Both the position numbers and the translations under genes were made by a program. Shown in pieces: positions 27,563 through 37,419 of a stretch of 64,000 bases of DNA. Location of the stretch: assembly GCA_958296135.2 (NCBI GenBank), contig CATQHZ020000001.1, forward strand, positions 1,632,001-1,696,000, written 5' to 3'. Position 1 is the first letter of the stretch, and each line of letters starts with the position of its first letter. The stretch is from an uncultured Poribacteria bacterium. GTDB lineage: Bacteria > Poribacteria > WGA-4E > WGA-3G. Below the pieces are notes generated by a model. It was given only the letters and a program-made list of their open reading frames with translations, did not search any database and was not told the origin of the DNA.

Positions 27563-29119
27563 TCATTCATAGATGTTCTTCATCTGCCATGCATCCAGCG
27601 ATTTGAGTTCGCACGCTTGCCCTTGCGAACGTAACGAGACACCGATACTCTCTTCCTTGTCCGGATAGACGCGCATCGCCACGCATTGCCGTCCATTGGC
27701 GAAAACCTCGAGGACACTCCTGTCAACGAATACGCGCAACTTGAGCGTCTCGTCTGGCGCGATGGAAACCGCGCCTGTCTCCGGCGCGCGCGAAAGCACA
27801 TCAGGGGCAATCGAGGAATACGATGAGTCGATTGTGAGTAGGCTATCGCGAACGCGGCCCGCCGCATCTGGATTTCGCAAACCGCGCTCTCTGAAGAAGG
27901 CGATACGGGTAAACTCCTCTTTCTGCGGCGAACGCAGGACATTCAACTCAACCATTGGCGCGGACTTCACATCGATTTCGACTTCAAGTTCCATCGCGTT
28001 GCCGTTGATGTTCTCAAGCACGACTTCCTCGTTCGCGGGGAGCGTCATCGTATTCACGTGCTGATGTGCATAGCGCAACGATTCAATGTCGCCGGTAGGT
28101 TCAACGCCGATTTCGTCCTTGGAGAGGAGCGTCAAGCGGCGCGGCAACGTCATAATCTGATTCCAGCCTTTCGTCGGCTTCGCGGGATTCATGTTATAGA
28201 GGACGATGAGCCCGCCTTTGCCATCCGGGGTCGCGGAGGGAGCATGCACGCCAGCCGGAGATGCGGCACCGAAGTTGTTTTTCGCGCCTGCTGTCACGAC
28301 AAACTTGTCGCGCTCGGTGTCATAATCGCCGAGCAAATACTGCCCGCCGCTCATGTGACTGAAAAAGAGAAGCATGTGCCGGTCGCCGATGGGCCAGAAG
28401 TAGGGACACGCGCCATCATCGCCTACTAGTGTATACATGTCGTCCTCAACGAAGGGATGCAGATAGACCCAGTTTGCCAAGTCTGCGGAACGGAGGAGGA
28501 AATTGGCGCGGACTCGCTTGCCGCCTGGCCCGTGCGGGAGTGTCCCACCCGATAGCGAGTAATACATTCCGTCCTTCTTCCAAATACAGGGGTCAAAGAC
28601 GCGGTAAACAGGTGTTGTGCCATCGGCGTGCTTCGCGGGAATTACCGCCTTGCCAGAAACCTTCTCCCAATTTAGCAGAAGCGCATCGCTGGAGACTGCC
28701 ACCATGTTGCCGACCACGGTGCCGTGATACATCGCGATGACTCTGTCTTCTTCGACAAGCGTCGCGCCGGAGAAACAGCACCGTTCAGGATTGGGATAGA
28801 TGGCATACGGCAGGTCGCGCCAGTGGATGAGATCATCGCTGATGGCATGTCCCCAGTGCTGCCTCGGGTCTTCCGGCGGATACGCCTGATAGAAGAGATG
28901 CCACCGGTCCTGCCAGAAACAGAGCCCGTTCGGATCGTTGAGCGTATGTTCGGGGTTGACATAGTGGTAAATCGGACGATGCGCATCGCCCTCAAACGCC
29001 TTGCGCGCCGCGTTCATCCGCTGTAGCAACGGATTCGTCGCGAGTTGTGCCTCCTGCGCCTCCTGCGTCTCCGCGAAGGTATAGTGCGGCACTTTTGAGG
29101 TATAGTCTTCGTTCGCCAT
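27563..29119 (-). CDS. Glycoside hydrolase family 32-like protein (atypical catalytic motifs)
   Basis: RPIYH, LNDPNG, WHLFYQ, HWGHAIS.DLIHW, CFSG, FDP, LRVFVDRSVLEVF. Confidence 0.88.
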   Translation of the reverse strand: MANEDYTSKVPHYTFAETQEAQEAQLATNPLLQRMNAARKAFEGDAHRPIYHYVNPEHTLNDPNGLCFWQDRWHLFYQAYPPEDPRQHWGHAISDDLIHWRDLPYAIYPNPERCCFSGATLVEEDRVIAMYHGTVVGNMVAVSSDALLLNWEKVSGKAVIPAKHADGTTPVYRVFDPCIWKKDGMYYSLSGGTLPHGPGGKRVRANFLLRSADLANWVYLHPFVEDDMYTLVGDDGACPYFWPIGDRHMLLFFSHMSGGQYLLGDYDTERDKFVVTAGAKNNFGAASPAGVHAPSATPDGKGGLIVLYNMNPAKPTKGWNQIMTLPRRLTLLSKDEIGVEPTGDIESLRYAHQHVNTMTLPANEEVVLENINGNAMELEVEIDVKSAPMVELNVLRSPQKEEFTRIAFFRERGLRNPDAAGRVRDSLLTIDSSYSSIAPDVLSRAPETGAVSIAPDETLKLRVFVDRSVLEVFANGRQCVAMRVYPDKEESIGVSLRSQGQACELKSLDAWQMKNIYE

Positions 29120-29322
29120 GACAATTCTCCTGTTGAGTAATCTAATATCCTTGAGCATAGCATAGAATGGATTGTATATCCAGACAATTTTTATTTTTAC
29201 CTATGCCTCATTTGACACCTATTCGGCATAGCGAAGGGCCAGGACTATTTAGTTTCCATATTTTCGCCCTCCTCAGTAGGGACCTTGGCCTGTCCGAAGG
29301 ATCCAGAGCCCATTCAGTTCTG

Positions 29323-29375
29323 ACAGTTCGGGCTCCCGATGTCACTAACATCGGCGGGTTGCGAGCCCGAACTAC
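29323..29375. repeat. GTAG palindrome (AGTTCGGGCTC...GAGCCCGAACTAC)
   Basis: Inverted arms; homologous to the host repeat around 22119-22275. Confidence 0.75.
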
Positions 29376-29540
29376 GCGGGTGGGGACAAGCACCGCATGA
29401 AAAACTAAGTAGTCTTGGCGAGGAACAGGCCCCTCGCCCTACGTAATCACACGCTTCAGACAATTAGAAAATCGCCGCTTGACTCAAATCCGAAATTCTG
29501 ATACAATCCCTCCAAAACCGATTCCAACCGGAGAAACATC

Positions 29541-30827
29541 ATGCCTACATCCCCCAACATCCTCTTGATTCTCGCCGATGACCACGGTTACGGCGACTTG
29601 TCCGTGCATAACGGGCCTTCTATCCAGACACCGAACCTCGACAGAATCGCCTCAGGCGGCACGCGTTTCACGCGGTTTTATGCCAACTCCTCGGTCTGCT
29701 CTCCGAGCCGCGCGTCACTCATGACCGGTAGATTTCCCGACAGGGTCGGCGTGCCGGGCGTGATTCGCACGCATGCGGATAACAGTTGGGGCTACTTCCG
29801 CCAAGATGCAGTCACGCTTCCTTCAATGCTCAAGCGAAAAGATTATCACACTGCGCTCATCGGCAAATGGCACCTTGGGCTTGAACCAGAGAATCACCCG
29901 TGTCAGCGAGGGTTCGATCATTTCCACGGCTTCCTCGGCGATATGATGAACGACTATTACACGCACCTCCGACACGGTATTAACTATATGCGGCGCGGCT
30001 TTGACACCATCGACCCGAGGGGACACGCCACGGATCTCTTCACGGAATGGAGTGTGGAGTTTCTTCGGGCGCAAGCGCAGTCATCGCAGCCGTTTTTCCT
30101 CTATCTCGCCTATAATGCGCCGCACACGCCGATCCAACCTCCCGATGAGTGGGTAGCGCGCGTCCGTGAACGCGAGCCGGATATTTCTCCACAGCGCGCG
30201 AAATATATCGCGCTCGTTGAGCACATGGATGCCGGTATCGGTAGGGTGCTGGATACACTTGAAGCGACCGGACAGCTGTCCAATACGCTCGTCATCTATA
30301 CCTCCGACAACGGTGGTGACATGAACGTCGGCGCGCATAACGGACCGTTGCGTGGACAAAAAGGGGATATGTATGAAGGCGGCATCCGAGTCCCCGCGTG
30401 CGCGATGTGGCCTGGGCATATCCCTGAAGGACATGTCACGGATCAGGTTGCGATGCTCATGGATCTTTTCCCGACAGCGTGTGAGGTGGCCGATGTGCCG
30501 CTCACGCACGAGATTGAGGGACGTTCTATCTGGCAGACACTCCAAGGCGAACGACAGGATTTTTCCGAGCGCGTCCTCTATTGGCTGCGCAGAGAGGGGA
30601 ATCAACGGTTTCTGGGGCAGTGCCAGCATGCCATCCGCCTCGGCGATATTAAGTTGTTGCACAACAGTCCGTTTGAGCCGTTGGAACTCTACGATCTCGC
30701 CATGGATCCGCAGGAGACCACGGATGGCGCGCGGGCAGAGGCGGAGCTCTTTAGAGAGATGAGCGTTCTGTTTCAGGCAGAAACGCAGAAGGCGGGGAGT
30801 GTGCCGTGGCAACGCGGCGCGCCCTAA
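29541..30827 (+). CDS. Arylsulfatase-type sulfatase
   Basis: PNILLILADDHGYGD, CSPSR, GKWHLG, APHTP, SDNG, KG..YEGG.RVP; promoter TTGACT-17-TACAAT at 29479-29507. Confidence 0.93.
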   Translation: MPTSPNILLILADDHGYGDLSVHNGPSIQTPNLDRIASGGTRFTRFYANSSVCSPSRASLMTGRFPDRVGVPGVIRTHADNSWGYFRQDAVTLPSMLKRKDYHTALIGKWHLGLEPENHPCQRGFDHFHGFLGDMMNDYYTHLRHGINYMRRGFDTIDPRGHATDLFTEWSVEFLRAQAQSSQPFFLYLAYNAPHTPIQPPDEWVARVREREPDISPQRAKYIALVEHMDAGIGRVLDTLEATGQLSNTLVIYTSDNGGDMNVGAHNGPLRGQKGDMYEGGIRVPACAMWPGHIPEGHVTDQVAMLMDLFPTACEVADVPLTHEIEGRSIWQTLQGERQDFSERVLYWLRREGNQRFLGQCQHAIRLGDIKLLHNSPFEPLELYDLAMDPQETTDGARAEAELFREMSVLFQAETQKAGSVPWQRGAP

Positions 30828-31012
30828 AGATTCATTTGCATTTTTCGCGGGAATAGGGTATCATAATTGCTATGCTCAATTTTCCGCGGGAAGGAGATTG
30901 CAATTTTGTGCAAAGAGATTGTAACCGACGCGACAACGCTAGAACCGGAAACGGCAGCGGAAAACGCAGCTGCCGTTATCTTGAGAGACAAACGGATTGA
31001 AAGGCATAAACA

Positions 31013-33385
31013 ATGATAACTCCCAACAACCTCACTCTCTGGTATCAAAAACCGGCCGAAGAATGGACAGACGCACTCCCCATCGGAAACGGGCGGCTCG
31101 GAGCCATGGTCTTCGGGGGTGTGGCACGCGAACGCATCCAACTCAACGAAGAAACGCTTTGGGACGGCGGCCCTCGCGATACCACGAACCCGAAAGCAGT
31201 CGCGGCTCTGCCAAAAGTGCAACAACTCCTTTTTGACGATAAAAACGACGAGGCGACAAAACTCGCCGGCGAAACGATGCTCGGCATCCCGGAACGCATC
31301 AAATCTTACCAATCCCTAGGCGAGCTGGTTCTGGATTTCTCCCACGATGGCGAGATAACCGATTACCGGCGTGAACTGGCACTAGATACCGGCATCGCGC
31401 GGACAACCTATCGCTGCAGCAATGCAACCTTTACACGCGAAGTGTTCGCAACAGCCGTGGACAACCTGATCATCGTCCGAGTGGCATGTGACAAGGCAGA
31501 CGCTATCAACGTTGATGCAACCATGACGCGGCAACAAGGGGCTATCGCCAACGCTATCTATCACGATACCCTTAGGCTTGATGGCGAATGTAGCGATGAG
31601 GGGATGCGGTTTTCTGCCTACCTGCAGATGTGGGAAGAAGGCGACAACGTGGAAGTGCCTGAGTCAGTTGAAGACCGGATTCGTGTCCGCGGCGCGGATG
31701 CTGTTACGTTGGTGCTCTCAGCGGCGACAAGTTACGTAGATCAGAATGGTGCCTCTGCCGAACCACACAACCGGTGCGAAAACATCTTCAAAACGCTAGG
31801 CGGTAAACCTTACAAAGAAATCAAGGCGGACCACGTCGCCGAGCATCAATCTCTTTTCCGGCGGGTTGAATTGGATTTAGGCGAGACGGAGGCAGTCAAC
31901 CTTCCCACCGATGCACGCTTGGAATCGGTGAAGGCTGGTGGGTTCGATCCGCATCTCATCGTGCTCTATTTCCAATTCGGACGGTACCTACTGATGGGCA
32001 GTTCTCGGCCCGGTGGCTTGCCAGCAAATCTACAAGGCATCTGGAACGAGCACATGAACGCGCCGTGGAACAGCGATTTCCACACCAACATCAACCTCCA
32101 GATGAACTATTGGGTGCCCGAGGTCTGCAATCTCGCCGAGTGCCATACGCCGTTGTTTGATTACATGGATACACTCGTTGAATCGGGGCATCGCACGGCG
32201 CAACGCCATTACGGTGCCGATGGTTGGGTTGTGCATCATCTCTCGGATGTGTGGGGCTTCACAACACCAGCGGATGGCATCTGGGGCATCTGGCCGGTGG
32301 GTGCGGCGTGGTTATGTCAGCATGTGTGGGAGCATTATCTTTTCGGCGGTGACAAGGAATTCCTTGCAAAACAGGGCTATCCGTTGATGAAAGGTGCCGC
32401 CCGTTTTATCCTTGATTTCCTCGTTGAGGCACCGGCAGGCACGCCTGTCGCCGGGAAACTCGTGACGAATCCGTCGCATTCGCCGGAAAACAGTTTTTTG
32501 AAACCTGACAGAACGCGCTCGTTGTTCACCTATGCCGCCACCATGGATCTGGAGATTATCCATGAGTTGTTTACGAATTGCATCGCGTGTCTTGATGTCC
32601 TCAGGGATGACGCAGAAGATGGGCGGATATGGAAATCTGCCGTTACAGGCCGCCTGGCAGACGATGCAGATTTCCGCGAGGAGTTGGTATCTGCACTGGA
32701 GCGGCTCGCGCCCTTGCAGATTAGCGGGAAGACCGGGCGGCTTCAGGAATGGGTGTTTGACTACGACGAGCCGGAGCCGGGACATCGGCACATGTCGCAC
32801 ATGTATGCGCTGCATCCGGGTTGCCAGATTACGTTGCGTGGCACCCCAGCGCTGGCAGCAGCGGCGAGGAAATCGTTGGAATATCGGTTAGCGCACGGCG
32901 GTGGGCATACGGGATGGAGTCGCGCGTGGCTCGTCAATTTCTGGGCGCGTCTTGAGGAGGCAGAAGAAGCACATACGCACCTTCAAGCACTGCTGGCGAA
33001 ATGCACTTTGACGAATCTGTTTGATACGCATCCGCCGTTCCAAATCGATGGCAATTTTGGGGGAACCGCTGGCATCGCGGAGATGTTGCTACAGAGTCAC
33101 GCCGGAGAGATTCATCTGTTGCCAGCACTGCCGAAAGCGTGGCATACTGGACATGTCAAGGGATTGCGTGCCCGCGGCGGGTTCACGGTAGACATTGCGT
33201 GGGAGAATGGCAATCTCACTGAAGCGAACATTTATTCCACGCTAGGGAGAGACTGCACGGTACGGAGTGCCTCGGCAGTTAACGTCACCTGCACTGATGA
33301 AGCGGTTGAGACAGCGCGGTCGGACTCGGTTGTGAAGTTTCAAACGGAGGTTGGGAAGCCCTATTTGCTTGGCGTGCTCGTGTGA
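31013..33385 (+). CDS. Glycoside hydrolase family 95 (alpha-L-fucosidase-like)
   Basis: [67 protein letters not shown]. Confidence 0.95.
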   Translation: MITPNNLTLWYQKPAEEWTDALPIGNGRLGAMVFGGVARERIQLNEETLWDGGPRDTTNPKAVAALPKVQQLLFDDKNDEATKLAGETMLGIPERIKSYQSLGELVLDFSHDGEITDYRRELALDTGIARTTYRCSNATFTREVFATAVDNLIIVRVACDKADAINVDATMTRQQGAIANAIYHDTLRLDGECSDEGMRFSAYLQMWEEGDNVEVPESVEDRIRVRGADAVTLVLSAATSYVDQNGASAEPHNRCENIFKTLGGKPYKEIKADHVAEHQSLFRRVELDLGETEAVNLPTDARLESVKAGGFDPHLIVLYFQFGRYLLMGSSRPGGLPANLQGIWNEHMNAPWNSDFHTNINLQMNYWVPEVCNLAECHTPLFDYMDTLVESGHRTAQRHYGADGWVVHHLSDVWGFTTPADGIWGIWPVGAAWLCQHVWEHYLFGGDKEFLAKQGYPLMKGAARFILDFLVEAPAGTPVAGKLVTNPSHSPENSFLKPDRTRSLFTYAATMDLEIIHELFTNCIACLDVLRDDAEDGRIWKSAVTGRLADDADFREELVSALERLAPLQISGKTGRLQEWVFDYDEPEPGHRHMSHMYALHPGCQITLRGTPALAAAARKSLEYRLAHGGGHTGWSRAWLVNFWARLEEAEEAHTHLQALLAKCTLTNLFDTHPPFQIDGNFGGTAGIAEMLLQSHAGEIHLLPALPKAWHTGHVKGLRARGGFTVDIAWENGNLTEANIYSTLGRDCTVRSASAVNVTCTDEAVETARSDSVVKFQTEVGKPYLLGVLV

Positions 33386-33507
33386 AGGAACCTCCACGGA
33401 ACCGTAGGGCGAGGGAAAACCTGTCCCTCGCCATTTTGTTTGGCCTGAGCATTCTCGCGCGCTCAGTTGAAAAAGGATAATCGGGAACACACCAGCCAGA
33501 CTCATGC

Positions 33508-34725
33508 TCAATACCGGTCCGGTGCCCAGAAGAGGACATCGCGTTTCGGGAACAGCGCGGTTAAAAACGCCGCCGTTTTTGGCGACACTGAAGTTCTGGG
33601 GTTTGCCTGTTCCCAACCGAATTCTCCAAACAAGAGTTTCCAGAGTTCGTCTTCGGTTACGTCTAATTCAACAGCATCGGCATCGTCGTTCACGATTTGC
33701 AGCGTTTCATCTCCATCAAACCGAATTACTGCCTGCTGGTTATTGAGCGCAAATTTGACAGCAAGTGTGGGAAACGTCTCTTCAGATGCGGCAAGGCGCG
33801 ATTGCCATTCCAACACCAACCGCCGCAGGAGAACCTGAAAGTTCACGGCGTAGAGCATCATAGCGGAGTCCTCGGTTGTTTCGGAAGTAGAAGTCCCTCC
33901 TTTCGAGAGTTGCGCTACAAACGGATGGCTAGGCAAGAACGTGCCGGTTATGTTCCAAATGCCGTGCTCCTTGCACACGCGTAGCAGATGCGAGGCAAGC
34001 GCGTCTAAAACCCCCGGGTCTTCGTGACGATACGCTACCTCACGCACCTCCGCGGTCTCGCCATTCATCAGATAGTTGAGATACCCATCGGTAGGCGCGC
34101 GCTCCCGGTCGCGATACGCAACGACGGTAGGTAGCACCTCGCGGATGCGGGAAGGTTGCATATCCCAATAGGCGCGCGTCCGCACGATACTGCCGCTCTG
34201 CTCAGCATTGCAGCTGTCATAAAGGGTTGCTACCGAATCTAAATGGGGTGCCACATCGAAAGGGACGACTTGCCAGAGGGCTCTGTTGGGAATAGGGGTT
34301 GCTGCGCCGTGCGATACTTGGAAGCCTTGCAACGGGAACGTTGTCCACCCGAGTCGATGGTAAAACGCGTTCGGAATAATGGTAAAAAGCACGCCGATGT
34401 CGCATCCGATCTTCCGAAGATAACCGATGGTATTCCGCATGAGCGCGGAGGCATAGCCGACCCCGCGATATTTCGGATGCGTGCAGACACCGCCGATGCC
34501 CCCCATAGTTACGATGGAGGTGCCCATCCGGATGCGCCGCTCCCAGACCCGGAGTGTTGATACCACCCGTTCGTTAACAACGACAACGCGCGTTTGCGAG
34601 GGACGATAACTGCTGTCCCCATGCACGTATTGCCAATAGCGTTCATGCCCATCGGGATTGAATGCTAGGCATGAGAGTTCAACTACCTGTTCTAATTCTG
34701 ATTCGTGAGCTGCTCTAATTTCCAT
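33508..34725 (-). CDS. Eis-like GNAT acetyltransferase with SCP2-like C-terminus
   Basis: GGIGGVCTHPKYRGVGYAS, FYHRLGW; about 405 aa. Alternative TTG start at 34734. Confidence 0.85.
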   Translation of the reverse strand: MEIRAAHESELEQVVELSCLAFNPDGHERYWQYVHGDSSYRPSQTRVVVVNERVVSTLRVWERRIRMGTSIVTMGGIGGVCTHPKYRGVGYASALMRNTIGYLRKIGCDIGVLFTIIPNAFYHRLGWTTFPLQGFQVSHGAATPIPNRALWQVVPFDVAPHLDSVATLYDSCNAEQSGSIVRTRAYWDMQPSRIREVLPTVVAYRDRERAPTDGYLNYLMNGETAEVREVAYRHEDPGVLDALASHLLRVCKEHGIWNITGTFLPSHPFVAQLSKGGTSTSETTEDSAMMLYAVNFQVLLRRLVLEWQSRLAASEETFPTLAVKFALNNQQAVIRFDGDETLQIVNDDADAVELDVTEDELWKLLFGEFGWEQANPRTSVSPKTAAFLTALFPKRDVLFWAPDRY

Positions 34726-34816
34726 ATTTTTCAAGATTTACCGTAGGAGAACCCCCGCCTGCGCGCTTCGTAAACGCGCCTACCGAGTTGCCCGGTTTGC
34801 GTTCGGAAGAGCGTGC

Positions 34817-35857
34817 CTACATGGTAAAGATAACCCCTAACGCTTCGTTTGGGTGTTGGATTAACTTCTCGCACCCTTCCGCCGCCCGGTCGATCGGCAG
34901 GATATCCGTGATTAGCGGTTTCACCTGAATTTTTCCTTCAGCCATCAGCCGTAGGGAGAGTTCCAAGTTGCGCTGCGTCGGCCATGGAACGAAGACCGGG
35001 GGATAATCTGCGCCGTGTTCATAAGCCTCATCGTGGTAGCCGGGGCCGGTGCGCGCCGCGCTAATCACGTCCACATTGCCGAGCCCTGCCGCAAAGCCGT
35101 GCGTAATGTTCGCGCCACCGACGATGACGATGCGTCCTACCTTATGCGTATCGGGTGCTGTCTTGAGCATCGCGCGGATTTGTTGGAACGCGCTCGTCGC
35201 ATCGCCACCGAAAGCGATGATACCGCAATCCATGCCATATCCGTTCGTAAATTCTGCCGCGATGGGAACCGGGTCTGCTTCCGAAACGTTTATGGCGCGA
35301 TGAATACCAGCGGATTCGGCGATTTTTATCCGTAACGACAGCCGGTCTATGCCAATAACGTAGGCACCCGCCGCCTTGGCTATCTGGGATGCGAATTGCC
35401 CGACGATACCTAACCCTGCGACAACGACGTTTTCACCGATGCGGATGCGCCCCCGTTGCACGGCGTGCAGTGCTGTCGCGGCGAGATGGTTTGAAGCGGC
35501 TTCCGCGTCACTAACGTTCTCCGGAATCTTCGCGCAAAGATTATGCGGCACACACGCGTGAGTGGCATGTAGTGCGTAGCCGCCGCCCATGCCGGAAACC
35601 CGGTCGCCTATTTCAAACTCATCGCAGTCGCCTTCTTTGCCAATGACGACACCGGCGTTGGTATACCCGAACGGACGTTGTCGCGCTTCAGAGCCCGGAT
35701 TCTCCCTGCGCCGTTTGACTCCGCCGAGTTCCGTGCCGGGGCTTACCATAGAGGCGCGCACTTCGATGCGCAGCTGCCCCGGTTTCGGTGCGGGTGTTTC
35801 CTGCTCCTCTGTCCAAATGTGGCCGGCTTCGTTCATCATTACAACTTTTCGGTTCAT
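34817..35857 (-). CDS. MDR-superfamily (zinc-binding type) dehydrogenase
   Basis: VSPGTE, PFGY..AGVV, Rossmann GLGIVG, VKPLIT. Confidence 0.85.
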   Translation of the reverse strand: MNRKVVMMNEAGHIWTEEQETPAPKPGQLRIEVRASMVSPGTELGGVKRRRENPGSEARQRPFGYTNAGVVIGKEGDCDEFEIGDRVSGMGGGYALHATHACVPHNLCAKIPENVSDAEAASNHLAATALHAVQRGRIRIGENVVVAGLGIVGQFASQIAKAAGAYVIGIDRLSLRIKIAESAGIHRAINVSEADPVPIAAEFTNGYGMDCGIIAFGGDATSAFQQIRAMLKTAPDTHKVGRIVIVGGANITHGFAAGLGNVDVISAARTGPGYHDEAYEHGADYPPVFVPWPTQRNLELSLRLMAEGKIQVKPLITDILPIDRAAEGCEKLIQHPNEALGVIFTM

Positions 35858-36043
35858 AAATGTTTTCCTTTCTGCAAGCAATTTTCTCTGTGCCTTTATG
35901 TATGCTAATCTATTTTCCAGTTATTGTCATTCAAAACGAGATGCTCTGAGGGCCATCTAGTTCTCCCATCTCTGTCGTTTGAGTTCGCCCGAGCGCGAAT
36001 AGGACAAGTTCAGGCGAGTTTGCCCTACGCGGGCTTTAGAATT

Positions 36044-37255
36044 TCACACCACTTTTATCGTGGCGCGAATGTAAGTGCCATTCACCTCAAACTCCAAGGC
36101 CGGATGTCCGGCTTCCATGAGTAGCCTTCTGGCTATCGGTATCCCCACGCCAAATCGCTGCACATAGGCGAGGGTTTTCATCGCTTCTGCCAGATTGGGG
36201 TTGCGATACCCGGTAATTCCGGGCTTGCCGAAATTTTCAGTGGTTGCGTCTCCAAACGGGCCGCCCGAATTTAAAACTTCAATCCGGTCGTTGAACCAAT
36301 ACACACGGATAGGCGCGTTCGTTGCTTCGTAAGTTCTGTGCATAATGGCGTTCCGCGCGATTTGCTGCACTGCCTCCATTGGGTAAAGTGCCGTCCGTTT
36401 CTCAATAGGCCCCGAGGTAATGTCAACAGCGACGCGATTATGCGCGAAGAGTTTATCATCCAATCGATGGATGAGGTTTGGAATAGAGCCTCTGATTTCC
36501 GCGCTATCAATAATCTCGTCTGCATACTCAACACCGTTAATTCTGAGGAACTGCACGTAGGCACCATATAGGAAATTCTGCGGATTTTTCCCCAGTATGA
36601 GGATGCCGAGCACGGTGGGTATGGGCCGGTCGGCGGCATCAATCATCTTCGTCGCCGCTAACTGCTCATGGAGACGCCGGTCGTTAGCATCAAGAACCTC
36701 GGCGGAAAACGCCTTTGGCAGATATTCATGTTCAAAGTATGCCAGACTCAAATCGGATATATCGGCAGCAGGAACCGGCAGCAGGTCAAAAGGGCGTTCT
36801 CCGTGCCGACGTTTTTCGTTGAGGCTCCGCTCATCCTGCACCGTGGCAATGCCGCGGCGGGGGCCGATGCGGATATGAATTGTACCCTTGAACCGAACCG
36901 GTGGCGAGTCAGACGGTTGCACCGTGACTACGGCAATTTCCTTGCCTCGCAGCACCCACTTTTGAACAGTCAGCGATGGCGGCGGCACGATATTGCCATC
37001 GGTTTTCATATCCGCTAACTGTATGAGCAATTCATCCGTAACCGAGAGACCGAGGATAGTTCTGTCGTTGTTCACACCAACGAAAATGAGCCCCGGTTCC
37101 TCTTTTCCGTAGTTTGGCAAATCATTGGCGAAAGCACAGATTGCCTCTCTAATTCTATCCGGGGCACTGCCGGACAAATTCGCCTTGAACTCAACGCGGT
37201 CTGCCTCGCCAGTTTCAATCTCGTGCAGCAGTTCCTCGTCAGTAAGATGTGGCAT
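36044..37255 (-). CDS. Schlafen/AlbA_2 domain plus HATPase_c_4-type domain protein
   Basis: E..RVEFK, ICAFAN, IFVGV.ND; NAIMHRTY, DRIEV.N.GG, YRNP.LAE, VQRFGVGI. Confidence 0.85.
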   Translation of the reverse strand: MPHLTDEELLHEIETGEADRVEFKANLSGSAPDRIREAICAFANDLPNYGKEEPGLIFVGVNNDRTILGLSVTDELLIQLADMKTDGNIVPPPSLTVQKWVLRGKEIAVVTVQPSDSPPVRFKGTIHIRIGPRRGIATVQDERSLNEKRRHGERPFDLLPVPAADISDLSLAYFEHEYLPKAFSAEVLDANDRRLHEQLAATKMIDAADRPIPTVLGILILGKNPQNFLYGAYVQFLRINGVEYADEIIDSAEIRGSIPNLIHRLDDKLFAHNRVAVDITSGPIEKRTALYPMEAVQQIARNAIMHRTYEATNAPIRVYWFNDRIEVLNSGGPFGDATTENFGKPGITGYRNPNLAEAMKTLAYVQRFGVGIPIARRLLMEAGHPALEFEVNGTYIRATIKVV

Positions 37256-37419
37256 CGTGATTCCTCTGAATTGTGACGCATGTTTTTTGTATAGATAGCC
37301 CGGACAGTCTTTGCTTCCATAACCTCACTCGTAAATCTCGCCGGAGTTTTGACGCAACTCCAATCCCCTACCATAGTTAATAATACCTTAAAAAATAGTT
37401 TTGTGCAAACTATTTTTCA

